In this document: piece after piece, positions 40,245-50,383 of the stretch
How the letters are laid out: each line of letters opens with the position of its first letter
Position numbering within the stretch: position 1 is the stretch's first letter
IMG/VR virus record: IMGVR_UViG_3300008114_000040
Location: 25,568-89,567 of that record
Source of the DNA: a virus
DNA length: 64,000 bases
Strand: one strand, 5' to 3'
The notes under the pieces: generated by a model
The model's database searches: none
What the model was told of the DNA's origin: nothing
Seen by the model: only the letters and a program-made list of their open reading frames with translations
Program-made: the position numbers and the translations under genes

Positions 40245-41753
40245 ATGGATTTAATTAATTTTTTTATAGAAAATAATAAAAACGGTATCAAAACTAAAGA
40301 GTCCTTTTTAAAAAAAAATTATCCAGATATATATTTTGAAATTATTGATTACAGCAACGACGAATTAAACGACTTACCTTTCATACAAAAAATCTGGCAT
40401 TTTATTAATGAAGAACCAAACAAACCAGTATGTCCGACCTGTAATATTCAACTAAAATTTAAAAGATCTTTAAAAGAAGGTTATGGGGTATATTGTTCAA
40501 AAGTATGTTCCAACAAAAATGAAATTCAAAAAACAAAAATTAAAAACACCAATAATGAAAAATATGGAGGTAACGCTCCAATTTGTTCTGATGAGATTAA
40601 AAATAAAATAAAAAAAACTCATTTAGAAAAATACGGTGTAGACAATCTTTTTAAAGATAAAGATTATATTAAAACAAAAACAATAGAAAAACATAATGTA
40701 AATCATATCGCAAAACTTGATTCAACAAAAGAAAAAATAAAAAATACAAATCTTATAAAATATGGTGTGTCGTCCCCTCTGAAATTACCAAACGTTAGAC
40801 GTAAAAGAGTTAGAAAAAATACCAGTTTAAGTACTGTTGATTTTATAAAAAGAAAAATTGTTTTAATGGATAACCCGTTAAACGAATTAAAATCATTAAA
40901 AGAAAAACAAATTTGTGAATTCTTAGGTGAATTAAATATTAAATACATTAAGGGTGACAGAACCTTACTTAAAGGTCAAGAGTTAGATATTTTTATTCCA
41001 GATTATAGTTTGGCCATTGAATTTAATGGATTATTTTGGCATTCCGATAAATTTATAGAAAATAATTACCATTATAATAAAACTAAGGATTGTAATAAAT
41101 TAAATATAAGGTTGGTACATATCTTTGAAGATGAGTGGACATATAACTCGTCTATCGTAAAAAGTAGACTTAAAACATTGTTGGGATTAACTCAAACACG
41201 TATTTTTGCAAGAAAATGTGAAATAAAATACGTTGACACAAAAACAAAAACTCAATTTTTAATTGAAAATCACATACAAGGCCCCGTTGGTAGTAAGTTT
41301 AACTTGGGTCTTTATTATAATTCAGAATTGGTATCCATTATGACTTTTGGTAAAAAACGGCTAAACCTTGGATTCAAACAAAGTAAAAACGATGAATATG
41401 AGTTACTCCGGTTCTGTAATAAATTAAACCATATTGTTGTTGGTGGAGCTTCTAAACTACTCAAGAAATTTATTTCGGATCAATCACCAAAAGAAATAAT
41501 AAGCTACGCAGATAAAAGATGGAGTGATGGTAACCTATATAAAAAATTGGGGTTCTCCTTCGTTAAGGAAACCGTTCCTAATTATTATTATATTGTTAGT
41601 AAGAAAAGGGAATCCAGATTTAAATATAGGAAAGATGTGTTGGTGAGTTTGGGTTTTGATAAAAATAAAAGTGAATCCGAAATTATGGAAGAAAGGGGAA
41701 TTAGAAAAATTTATGATTGTGGAAATTTATTATTTAAAATGAGTTTTATTTAA
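40245..41753 (+). CDS. Free-standing homing endonuclease (Hef-like): Zn motif, KxTxxxKYG repeats, PD-(D/E)xK/Vsr-like nuclease, GNAT-like C-terminus
   Basis: CPTC..YCSKVC; repeated KIKxTxxxKYG; ELDIFIPDYSLAIEFNGLFWHS; HIFEDEW; ELLRFC...GGASKLL...SYAD.RWS.GNLYKKLGF; inverted inside the tail operon. Confidence 0.72.
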   Translation: MDLINFFIENNKNGIKTKESFLKKNYPDIYFEIIDYSNDELNDLPFIQKIWHFINEEPNKPVCPTCNIQLKFKRSLKEGYGVYCSKVCSNKNEIQKTKIKNTNNEKYGGNAPICSDEIKNKIKKTHLEKYGVDNLFKDKDYIKTKTIEKHNVNHIAKLDSTKEKIKNTNLIKYGVSSPLKLPNVRRKRVRKNTSLSTVDFIKRKIVLMDNPLNELKSLKEKQICEFLGELNIKYIKGDRTLLKGQELDIFIPDYSLAIEFNGLFWHSDKFIENNYHYNKTKDCNKLNIRLVHIFEDEWTYNSSIVKSRLKTLLGLTQTRIFARKCEIKYVDTKTKTQFLIENHIQGPVGSKFNLGLYYNSELVSIMTFGKKRLNLGFKQSKNDEYELLRFCNKLNHIVVGGASKLLKKFISDQSPKEIISYADKRWSDGNLYKKLGFSFVKETVPNYYYIVSKKRESRFKYRKDVLVSLGFDKNKSESEIMEERGIRKIYDCGNLLFKMSFI

Positions 41754-41828
41754 TCTTAAAACTTTTTTCTATTTACTTTCAATTATTTTAAAATTATCCT
41801 TTATATATAAATTAACTAATAAATAATA

Positions 41829-42710
41829 TTAAACTTCTTTTTTCTCTCCTCCTTTAGTTAAATAAGTTCTTACAGGACTTTTTTCATATTCACTTGATAA
41901 AAATTCTTTCATTTTTTCAATATTTCTTGGGTCGTCGTCTGAAAAACCAATAAAAGGGATTATTTCGTGATTCTCAACATCATTCTTAAACATTGCTTTT
42001 TTTCCAATTTCTTGAGCCAAATCTTTACAATAATTAATAAATGATCTAAGTGCTTTTATTTTTCCTTCTTCTGGATTTGCAGCACTACCTTCACCAAAAG
42101 TTACCGGATGGAATCTACACATATCTAAATATTCATCAATCAACTCCTTATCAGATACTTTTAAATTAATATTTTCCTTTACGGTATCATCAGCGAAGTG
42201 TCTATATTTTTTTAGATTTTCCACTAATGTGTTTTTATTAATTCCGTTGTGATTTGAAATAATAAAGTTGTATGTCGCTTCTTTTAATGTTTCTGGATTA
42301 TGTCCTCTAGCGGTTATAATCGCAAAGATGGAACCACCATTAATACACTCCACAAAATCATTCCAGGATGGTCCAGGGCTTGCAATCATTGAGTCAATGA
42401 TGAATCTCTTATTACCTTCCTCTTTGAAGTTTCTAAAAGGGCTTGGCGCATAATCCACAACTGTCGTCCCTTTAAATGAAAAAGGTTCAACGCCAATCTG
42501 ATGTCTATGTTCAGCAAACTCCTCAGTTGACATACCTACTTCTTCTTCATTTTCAGTCAAAACCATTATTTTGGTTGGCATATAACAAATGTTATCGTCC
42601 CAATCAAAAGCATAATATTTTGAGTCCGGAGTACCTTCCTCAGTCATACCTTCTTTAATGGTTTGGTTTCTTTTTTTAATTTCGTTAAGAACGTGTTTTT
42701 TTATGTTCAT
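41829..42710 (-). CDS. HAD-superfamily phosphatase-like protein with N-terminal leader
   Basis: AFDWDDNI (motif I), IITARG (II), K (III), GFSDDD (IV). Confidence 0.65.
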   Translation of the reverse strand: MNIKKHVLNEIKKRNQTIKEGMTEEGTPDSKYYAFDWDDNICYMPTKIMVLTENEEEVGMSTEEFAEHRHQIGVEPFSFKGTTVVDYAPSPFRNFKEEGNKRFIIDSMIASPGPSWNDFVECINGGSIFAIITARGHNPETLKEATYNFIISNHNGINKNTLVENLKKYRHFADDTVKENINLKVSDKELIDEYLDMCRFHPVTFGEGSAANPEEGKIKALRSFINYCKDLAQEIGKKAMFKNDVENHEIIPFIGFSDDDPRNIEKMKEFLSSEYEKSPVRTYLTKGGEKKEV

Positions 42711-42846
42711 CTTTTTTTAGTTTTTTTAATAAATTTTCCAATTGTGATTCACTCAAAATGACATTTTGTTTTTTAGATGAAAAAGTTTTGTTATTTTTAT
42801 CATCTAAGTTAAGTGACTCAACAATAATTTTTTTTGAGATTTCCAT
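42685..42846 (-). CDS. Small basic protein (53 aa, not in the ORF track)
   Basis: MEISKKIIVESLNLDD...NVILSESQLENLLKKLKK...; preceded by TATTTAT; ILSESQL resembles the IRLTESDL leader of 48053..48511. Confidence 0.5.
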   Translation of the reverse strand: MEISKKIIVESLNLDDKNNKTFSSKKQNVILSESQLENLLKKLKKDEHKKTRS

Positions 42847-42868
42847 ACTTTTTTATTTATAAATATAC

Positions 42869-42893
42869 AAAAGGGGAGTAAATTACTCCCCTT
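42869..42893 (-). terminator. Rho-independent terminator after the sheath gene
   Basis: AAGGGGAGTAA/TTACTCCCCTT inverted repeat with T tract on the minus strand. Confidence 0.75.
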
Positions 42894-42920
42894 CCATTTA
42901 TTTTTTTTCTTTTTTTTGAA

Positions 42921-45900
42921 TTAAATGTTCTCAAAAGAAGCACCAGTTGGTGTAATTACGAACTCAATATCTATCATCTCGAGTGCTTTTGTCGGTTTTA
43001 GGTACACCTTCCCCGTCAATGTGTTTGAGTCTAAATCCTCTGGAGTGTTAGATACTGTAACTCTAAAGTCAATCAAACCTCTATCTCTTCTGATTGAATC
43101 CAAAATTGGGTTCACTGAGTCTAGGAAGTCTTGTCTAACCTTATCATCATTTTGTTCAAACAACAATCTAACAGCAACAGCAGATATCAATTTACGAGCC
43201 TGTAACAACAATCTTCTAACATTAATTCTGTCAAGAGCAGATTCTCTAATTTGTAGAGTTTTGTTACCCCAAATTACAGTACCCACATCTGAGAACGTTG
43301 CAATTGGATTAATTCTACCCTTATAAAGTGTATCTCTATCGTCTTGAGTTAACTTTCTACGTGCTTTAATTGCGTTAACAATACCACGAGTATAACCAGC
43401 AGATGCAAACCAAGGGAACGCGATGTTATCAGTCAATGCCAAGTTTTTAGTTACCTCAGCAGTTGGTGGTAAATAAATTTGAGTATTATTTACACTATCT
43501 CTTGTTAGTACCCACGGATAGTAAGTTGCAGTATAGTTTGAATCAATTCCAGTATTATCCAAATTGTCAACCACCTCTTGAGGGTAAATTAAACCTTCAG
43601 TCACATCACTATATGTCGGTAAGAACATATTGAAGTCAGGAGTTGTACAGATGTAAATTGAGTCAGCTCTATCAGTTTCAACCATATCAATTGCAAGTTC
43701 AACAAGGTTTGAGTTATTTACATAATCAATTCCTGGTGTTGTAAACACATTGATGTTTGTTGCTTCTGGGTTAGCAAAAGTTTGTTGCCCCCACAAATAA
43801 GCGTAGTAATCTGTATTTGCCCAATTTTCTTGGTTTGGACCACTAATTTGTTTAAATGAACCCCAACCAGATGCGGTAGGATAAGTGATGGATGCTTCAG
43901 CACCAAATTTATAACCAGATTGACCTAAAGCGAACTGATCACCATTTGTTCTATTTTCTCTATAGATATCCCAACCATCAAAACCACCGTAGGCATATAC
44001 TGTGAATTTTCTTGTGTTTAATCTGTAGTAAGCATTGTCAGAATCTTCTGGTTCTGTATTAAATGATGATACACCTACTTCAAATGCTGGATTTCCAGAA
44101 GTTACATATCTATTTGGAATTGTGACAGCACTTGCGTTTACATCCATGTGGAATCCTTGTGTTAAATAACCCCATTGTGGGCCGGTTGTGTCAGTACCTA
44201 AATTAGGTGGGACTATTTTCCCTTTGTAATCAAAGAAATCATAATCAACTCCACTAATATTTGAAATACCCAAATAAGCCCTTCTTGGATTTTCACCATT
44301 TGAGATAACTGGATTGTCACCACCATTTGTTGAACCAAAAGGAGGGTTGTAAATAACGTCACCTGGTTGTAAGTATTTTGTTTTGTAAATAATGTATGGT
44401 GATTTTGCGTTCGCATATTCTCTCATAACATATCCTTCAAATCCACAAGGTAAAGCATCGGTTGGTGCCTCGTCACTCATCTCCAACATAATGTATTTTG
44501 ACTTAACTTGGTATTCACCATTTGAAGTACCAATTTTGTTTGCCACGTAATTATTTAAGTTTGGATCTAATGAACAATTTGTGAAGCTTTCAATAACTCT
44601 TACATTTTGATCATTGTCATAAAAATCTCTAACAAAAACATCAAACGTACCATTAGCAAATGAAATATTTCCAATAGATAATTTAACAAGTCTATTTGCC
44701 GCATTACCATCAGAAATCAATACAAACTTAAATAATTTGTAAACTTTATTACCTCTTAATTCTGAAACCACAAATGGAGTTTCCGGTGTTTGGTATTGTT
44801 CCAAATAGAATCCGATTGAATCTGTATTTAATGATTCGGCACTATCAAGTTCAATGAAGTCACAATATAAACCTCTAACCTTACCGTCTCTATAACCATT
44901 TAATAATAAACTTGAGTAAGCTTCCTCAACAAATAAAGGAACTTCAGTTCTATCTTTACCAAAATTACTTCTACCAAATACTTTTGATAAATAATTTGTA
45001 CTTGCCGAGTCCATTGATGTTTCAAAACTAAATGTGTCGTTGTCAAATGTTGTCCCACTAATTACAAACGTACCGAATGGATTTTTTGAAATACCGGAAT
45101 AAGAACCAGCACATACCATTGAAGCGTCAGATGTTGCCGATACTTCGTATCTTGGTCCGTGTTGTGTTGATGAATATGTCGTAATACCTCTTGATCTTAA
45201 AGTAGCAACTACCATATCATCGAAATCGCTGTATGGGTCAGATGTGTATTGTGTACCATAAACTGTACAAGTACCAGTAAATTCAGTCACTGTAGTACCA
45301 GTTCCAATATTACTTAAAGCAACACCAAATCCATAACCATAATATGAACCAACACTAGCTACTTTTGTATAATCAAACAAAGCATAATACCAAGCATCGT
45401 TTACTTCACTTGACAATGTTGAATTTTCAAGTATTAAAGAGTCAACACCTAGTACATTTGTTGTTGCAGATACCGCATTTGAAAATACGGTTACACCAGT
45501 AACTGAATTAAATGTTGATGAACTCACAGGGCCCCAGAATAATGCGTTACCACCAGTTGCTCCGGAACCTATCGTTGCAAAATTATTAATTTGTGTTGAA
45601 ACAAAAGATTGTAAATCGGCGTTTAATGATGAAGTACCACCTTCAAAAGTGGTGTAAGTATTATAAAACAAATCATTAAGTAATGCGGGTAAACCAGTAA
45701 ACACAACATTTGAACTCGTACCAGTAGTACCTGTAAAAGTTAAAGTTTGAGAACCAGTAATACCTGTCGCACTTACAGTTGACGGGTCCGGATTTGCAAT
45801 TGTTGTTATTGACCAAGATGGTCCCGCGTCATAACCAGACAATCCTAAGATTCTGGTTACAAATAATTGGTTAGATTGAGTTAAATATGATTTTGCAATA

Positions 45901-46136
45901 TATGCCGCCTCATATTTTGGGATTTGAGTATTAACAAATTTTTCGGGGCTTGTTCCACCGAAATAAACTTGAAACTCATCATAATTTGTGATAAAGATTG
46001 GTTCAAACGCCGGACCTTGTAAAGTTTCACCTACAAGTCCTAGAGTTGTAACACCGACACTTTGAGCCACAAAAGTTAAATCTCTTTCAGATGTATAAAC
46101 ACCTGGAGATACAAATACTTTGTTAGTTGATGCCAT
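42921..46136 (-). CDS. Tail sheath protein (gp18-like)
   Basis: SPGVYTSERD, GPAFEP, ATYYPW, PWFASAGYTRG, LYKGRINPI, IWGNKT, DRINVRRL, KPTKALEMI. Confidence 0.95.
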   Translation of the reverse strand: MASTNKVFVSPGVYTSERDLTFVAQSVGVTTLGLVGETLQGPAFEPIFITNYDEFQVYFGGTSPEKFVNTQIPKYEAAYIAKSYLTQSNQLFVTRILGLSGYDAGPSWSITTIANPDPSTVSATGITGSQTLTFTGTTGTSSNVVFTGLPALLNDLFYNTYTTFEGGTSSLNADLQSFVSTQINNFATIGSGATGGNALFWGPVSSSTFNSVTGVTVFSNAVSATTNVLGVDSLILENSTLSSEVNDAWYYALFDYTKVASVGSYYGYGFGVALSNIGTGTTVTEFTGTCTVYGTQYTSDPYSDFDDMVVATLRSRGITTYSSTQHGPRYEVSATSDASMVCAGSYSGISKNPFGTFVISGTTFDNDTFSFETSMDSASTNYLSKVFGRSNFGKDRTEVPLFVEEAYSSLLLNGYRDGKVRGLYCDFIELDSAESLNTDSIGFYLEQYQTPETPFVVSELRGNKVYKLFKFVLISDGNAANRLVKLSIGNISFANGTFDVFVRDFYDNDQNVRVIESFTNCSLDPNLNNYVANKIGTSNGEYQVKSKYIMLEMSDEAPTDALPCGFEGYVMREYANAKSPYIIYKTKYLQPGDVIYNPPFGSTNGGDNPVISNGENPRRAYLGISNISGVDYDFFDYKGKIVPPNLGTDTTGPQWGYLTQGFHMDVNASAVTIPNRYVTSGNPAFEVGVSSFNTEPEDSDNAYYRLNTRKFTVYAYGGFDGWDIYRENRTNGDQFALGQSGYKFGAEASITYPTASGWGSFKQISGPNQENWANTDYYAYLWGQQTFANPEATNINVFTTPGIDYVNNSNLVELAIDMVETDRADSIYICTTPDFNMFLPTYSDVTEGLIYPQEVVDNLDNTGIDSNYTATYYPWVLTRDSVNNTQIYLPPTAEVTKNLALTDNIAFPWFASAGYTRGIVNAIKARRKLTQDDRDTLYKGRINPIATFSDVGTVIWGNKTLQIRESALDRINVRRLLLQARKLISAVAVRLLFEQNDDKVRQDFLDSVNPILDSIRRDRGLIDFRVTVSNTPEDLDSNTLTGKVYLKPTKALEMIDIEFVITPTGASFENI

Positions 46137-46273
46137 TATTAATTATAATTTAAACATTTATTTTAATATAAATACATTGAAATTTTGCAAAAAACACCGC
46201 TGACTCATAATTATTTAAGATAGGGTAGAAAAAAGGTAGATTTTTTTCTTCCTTTTTAAAAACCATTAAAACA

Positions 46274-46423
46274 ATGAAAAAAATTAAAAATCTTAAAATA
46301 TCAGAAGAAACTCACGAAGTTCTCAAAAAATATTGTGAAGAAAAAGGTTTGAAAATATATAAGTTTTTGGAATCACTTATATTGAAAAATTGTCAAAAAG
46401 AAAAAGATATTTACGGAGAGTAA
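46274..46423 (+). CDS. Small ribbon-helix-helix-like regulator (49 aa, not in the ORF track)
   Basis: MKKIKNLKISEETHEVLKKYCEEKGLKIYKFLESLILKNCQKEKDIYGE; RHH pattern; divergent from the sheath gene. Confidence 0.65.
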   Translation: MKKIKNLKISEETHEVLKKYCEEKGLKIYKFLESLILKNCQKEKDIYGE

Positions 46424-46426
46424 AAA

Positions 46427-47470
46427 TTAGGTCACTAAATGTGCAATTGTATTAATGGTAGATTCTTCTAATGGATTTGTTTTGGTTACCCCAACGACTA
46501 GGGTATCACCATCATTAATCTGAATTATTTCCAAATCCGAACCAACAAAATTTCCATTTATAAAAACAGAATAAGTATCAACATTTGTTGTGTTTTGAAT
46601 TTTAATATCGGCAGTATACCTAAAAACTTCACTAAGTTGTGTATTACCGGACACAAATAATAAATTCAAGTCAAACGTATCTGGTCGTGGTGGTTGAATG
46701 TTTACCTTTCTTGATTTGTTTAATGGATCAACTTCAAACATTGTAACTTGTCTAGTTATACCGGGTGAGACTTGAAACTCGGCTTCATCCAATAAAAAAC
46801 CCATCAGAGTTATTTTATAATTTTGAATATAATATTTTCTTTTTTCAATTTCTTTAACGGATTCATCAGTTGGATCCGCCAATTTCATCGGCATATAGTG
46901 ACCCTTAATCTGAGTGTACGCTTGTTTTGATGTAAACGTTTGCATCATAATTTTATTAAACTCATTAAGTTCACGCATTCTATTACAAAATATTTTAACA
47001 TTGTAAGTGATATCAACCGGTACGGGTTGAGGTATTTTATACACATCAACACCTTTCCTATCACCATCCCAAGTTGGAACTGAATAATAAAAAAACCTTA
47101 AACGTTCCGGAATATTTGCGGCACCTCCTTGAAATTTTCCATATATAACTTCAGGTTGTCTAACGGTAATTATAAAAGGTAATGAAACATTTTTATCCAA
47201 ATCTTGAAATTTCCATGTTTCAGTAAATTGTGACCAACTTTGTGTTGTAATGATTTTATCAACTGTCGGTACTGTTTTTCCGTCCACAACTAGTTTTAAT
47301 CTTTCTTTGACAAAATCCAAAACACCTTTATCCAAATCAGCATGTAAAACACCCTTCGGTAAATACGTGCCATTATCTGTCACATCTTCAATTAATTCCA
47401 TACGCCTCTCCGTACCAAACTTTTTTGGAACCAAAGGTAAATGTTTTTTAATCTTTTTTGGGAAAGCCAT
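46427..47470 (-). CDS. Tail terminator / neck protein (gp15-like) with C-terminal beta domain
   Basis: LPFIITVR, IPQPVPVDITYNVKIF..RMRELN; sits between sheath and head-closure genes. Confidence 0.6.
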   Translation of the reverse strand: MAFPKKIKKHLPLVPKKFGTERRMELIEDVTDNGTYLPKGVLHADLDKGVLDFVKERLKLVVDGKTVPTVDKIITTQSWSQFTETWKFQDLDKNVSLPFIITVRQPEVIYGKFQGGAANIPERLRFFYYSVPTWDGDRKGVDVYKIPQPVPVDITYNVKIFCNRMRELNEFNKIMMQTFTSKQAYTQIKGHYMPMKLADPTDESVKEIEKRKYYIQNYKITLMGFLLDEAEFQVSPGITRQVTMFEVDPLNKSRKVNIQPPRPDTFDLNLLFVSGNTQLSEVFRYTADIKIQNTTNVDTYSVFINGNFVGSDLEIIQINDGDTLVVGVTKTNPLEESTINTIAHLVT

Positions 47471-47985
47471 TATATTCCGTTAAATTCATCATTTGTTACA
47501 GGAGCCGCAATTATTGTCCTATAATATTTTTTATAACCACCATAAGTGTGTTTCATATCGGAGTTAACCCTTCCGTCATTTACTACACTATAATACCTAA
47601 CTCTATCTTCGGTTTCGTAATAGGCCAAATAATCACCTAATGAAATTTCAATAGCCAATTGATCTAAATGTGATTGGTAAACACTAAATGTCATATTACC
47701 CGGTTCTATTTGTGAAACTCTTGAGGAACCGTAATCCGTATTTGTTGGTGTGTCAATCCTAACCAACCCTTTAACCTCAATCGGAGCCATAAATTGAATT
47801 CCGGAAGAAAGGGCCTCACCATAAACATCATCATTATTTGTGCGTTGTCTGTCCACTCTATATAAAACAACGGTAAAGTTCATGTCTCCGTACATCCATT
47901 CGGACCCAAGCGAGATCTCAAGTTCGTAGTCCGCAGCAGAAAAAAACTTATTTAACCTCGTAATAGGTACTCTATTTTGTGTCAT
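47470..47985 (-). CDS. Head closure / neck protein (gp14-like)
   Basis: DDVYGEA...F..PIEVKGLV...GDYL..YY.V pattern. Confidence 0.6.
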   Translation of the reverse strand: MTQNRVPITRLNKFFSAADYELEISLGSEWMYGDMNFTVVLYRVDRQRTNNDDVYGEALSSGIQFMAPIEVKGLVRIDTPTNTDYGSSRVSQIEPGNMTFSVYQSHLDQLAIEISLGDYLAYYETEDRVRYYSVVNDGRVNSDMKHTYGGYKKYYRTIIAAPVTNDEFNGI

Positions 47986-48006
47986 ACTAATAAATATCTA
48001 TAAAAC

Positions 48007-48031
48007 AAAAAACCCCTCTTTTAGGGAGGGG
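48007..48031 (-). terminator. Rho-independent terminator
   Basis: CCCCTC/GAGGGG stem with T tract on the minus strand after 48053..48511. Confidence 0.7.
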
Positions 48032-48052
48032 AATATAACCATTTTATTTTTT

Positions 48053-48511
48053 TTATTTAAACTTACTTCTATCTCTTTTAACCCTTTTATCACTAAGTTC
48101 TTTATTTCTTGGGTTGTTACGCCATTTTGCGAATTCAGGTTCCCATTTTGAAACGTCATTATCAAAATCTTTTAAATATGGACCTTTAGATCTGATATCT
48201 TGATATTCCATTTCTTCTTCATCCGACCAAGAACCAAATTCTGGTGTAGTGTCTAGTGATGAATTTTTATGTTTAGTTCTAGACATTTTATCACCTAATT
48301 CTTTGTATCTTGGATTGTTTTTCCATTTTTCAAATTCTGGTTCCCATTTTGAAATATCATTGTCAAAATCCTTTAAGTATGGCCCTTTTGATCTAATGTC
48401 GTCCCACTCAGATTGATCTTCATCAGTCCAAGATTCCTCCTCAGATTCTCTAATAACTCGTCTTACAATTCTTGTAAGATCTGATTCCGTTAATCTAATT
48501 ATTTTTTTCAT
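48053..48511 (-). CDS. Putative internal head protein with leader and duplicated domain
   Basis: Leader MKKIIRLTESDLTRIVRRVIRE, then two ~49 aa copies of SW.DE...DIRSKGPYLKDFDND.SKWEPEF.KW.NNPR.KEL.DK; own motif upstream and own terminator. Confidence 0.6.
   Translation of the reverse strand: MKKIIRLTESDLTRIVRRVIRESEEESWTDEDQSEWDDIRSKGPYLKDFDNDISKWEPEFEKWKNNPRYKELGDKMSRTKHKNSSLDTTPEFGSWSDEEEMEYQDIRSKGPYLKDFDNDVSKWEPEFAKWRNNPRNKELSDKRVKRDRSKFK
48086..48433 (-). repeat. Intragenic direct duplication (two ~147 nt units, 201 nt period)
   Basis: Near-identical peptide at aa 27-75 and 94-142; DNA copies share GGTTCCCATTTTGAAA. Confidence 0.85.
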
Positions 48512-48567
48512 TTTATAATTTTTTTAAATTTATTTTTTATTATAAATATATCCAAGTTAATTAAAAG

Positions 48568-48595
48568 TTGATTTTAAAACAAAATTGATTATTTT
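48568..48595 (+). promoter_or_regulatory. Putative early promoter upstream of the SNF2 helicase
   Basis: TTGATT-N16-TATTTT; same spacing as the SSB and polymerase promoters. Confidence 0.45.
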
Positions 48596-48607
48596 AATTT
48601 TTAATTA

Positions 48608-50371
48608 ATGGAAGAATTAATTTCAAAAACTCCAGAGACACGAGCCCTCCAATTACTTGATGAATATATTGGGTCAAACAACTATATCCTAGCGTTAAAA
48701 AACAAAAAACAAAATAGTAAGTCATTCACACCAACAAGATCACAAGCTGAGTATATAATTAATTTCCACGGTAGAAATCCCAAGGTTGCCAAAAAATGGG
48801 TTAAATTGGATTCCTATTTTGGAAAAAAAATGATGGAAGATAAAATGTACACAAAAGAACCATCAGAAATATATGTTGAGAAGTTGTTGGTTGAAAAAGA
48901 TAAGTCGTATCATATTTGGGGAAAAATATTCAGTGGTGAAACCTTACATGACTTCTGGATACCAAAATCCGCCATTATAAAGGACAACGAAGTTAAAAAT
49001 GTTGTTGTTGATTATTCCAAATATATTTCTAGACCACCAATGGAACATCAAAAGGTGGCAATTGAAAAACTGGTTGGTAATAAAAAGTATATTCTGGCGG
49101 ACGACATGGGACTAGGTAAGTCAGCGTCAGCCGTGGTTGCGGTGTTAGAATCTGGGGCAAAAAAAATACTTATAATCTGTCCAGCATCATTAAAACTAAA
49201 CTGGGAAAGAGAAATAAGGATATATTCCGACAAATCAATTTTTATTTCGGAAGGTAAGAAATTTTCAACCGAGTACGATATTGTAATCATAAATTATGAT
49301 ATTTTAAAAAACTTCCACGACATAAAAAACAAAGAAAATTCTGAAATATTAAAAGCCAATTTTGATTTGGTTATTATGGACGAAGCCCATATGATATCCA
49401 ACCCCCAGGCGGCAAGAACCAAAATAGTAAATGATATCGCATCATCAATTGAACGTGTTTGGTTATTAACCGGAACCCCAATGACATCCAGACCAATGAA
49501 CTATTTCAACTTATTAAAACTTGTTGAATGTCCGGTATCGGTCAATTGGATGGCTTACGCAAAAAGATATTGTAATGGATTTCAATTCAATGTTGGAAAG
49601 AAAAAAGTCTGGAATGTCACCGGTGCCTCAAACTTGGATGAACTAAGAGAAAGAACCCAATCACATATTTTAAGAAGGTTAAAAGAAGAAGTACTGGATT
49701 TGCCAGAAAAAATAATAACTCCAGTATATCTTAATTTAAAATCAAAAGAATATGAGGATATGATGGGTGAATATTATGATTGGTTTAATTCAAACAAAGA
49801 GGAATCATCATCACTTACCATTCAGTTTGGTAAATTAATGAAAGTAAGAAAGGTTATTGCGAATGAAAAAGTAAAATCAACAATTGAGTTGGCTGAAAAT
49901 ATAATTGAGCAAGAAAAAAAGGTAATTATATTCACAAACTTTACAGACACATTACAAGAAATTTATAATCATTTTGGAAAAAGTGCCGTATATTTGGATG
50001 GCTCCTGTTCCAAAAATCACCGTCAACAAGCCGTTGACCAATTCCAAACAAATGACAAAATTAAAGTGTTTGTTGGAAATTTAAAAGCCGCTGGGGCTGG
50101 AATCACATTAACGGCGGCCGAAGCTGTTATTATGAACGACCTTTCATTTGTTCCAGCAGAACATGCTCAAGCTGAAGATCGTTCACATAGAATCGGTCAA
50201 AAAAAATCAACATCAGTATATTACCCTTTATTCCAAAACTCAATTGAGGGTATGATTTATGACATCCTTGAAAGAAAGAAAAAAATAATATCAACCGTTA
50301 TGGGTGACAATCTAATGGACGAGGCTTCAGTTATTGAAGAAATGCTCAATCGGATTTCTGCTAGTAGGTGA
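48608..50371 (+). CDS. SNF2/SWI2-family (HARP/SMARCAL1-like) helicase
   Basis: LADDMGLGKS, DEAH, LTGTP, LRRLK, GITLTAA, QAEDRSHRIGQ. Confidence 0.92.
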   Translation: MEELISKTPETRALQLLDEYIGSNNYILALKNKKQNSKSFTPTRSQAEYIINFHGRNPKVAKKWVKLDSYFGKKMMEDKMYTKEPSEIYVEKLLVEKDKSYHIWGKIFSGETLHDFWIPKSAIIKDNEVKNVVVDYSKYISRPPMEHQKVAIEKLVGNKKYILADDMGLGKSASAVVAVLESGAKKILIICPASLKLNWEREIRIYSDKSIFISEGKKFSTEYDIVIINYDILKNFHDIKNKENSEILKANFDLVIMDEAHMISNPQAARTKIVNDIASSIERVWLLTGTPMTSRPMNYFNLLKLVECPVSVNWMAYAKRYCNGFQFNVGKKKVWNVTGASNLDELRERTQSHILRRLKEEVLDLPEKIITPVYLNLKSKEYEDMMGEYYDWFNSNKEESSSLTIQFGKLMKVRKVIANEKVKSTIELAENIIEQEKKVIIFTNFTDTLQEIYNHFGKSAVYLDGSCSKNHRQQAVDQFQTNDKIKVFVGNLKAAGAGITLTAAEAVIMNDLSFVPAEHAQAEDRSHRIGQKKSTSVYYPLFQNSIEGMIYDILERKKKIISTVMGDNLMDEASVIEEMLNRISASR

Positions 50372-50383
50372 TATTTATATTAT

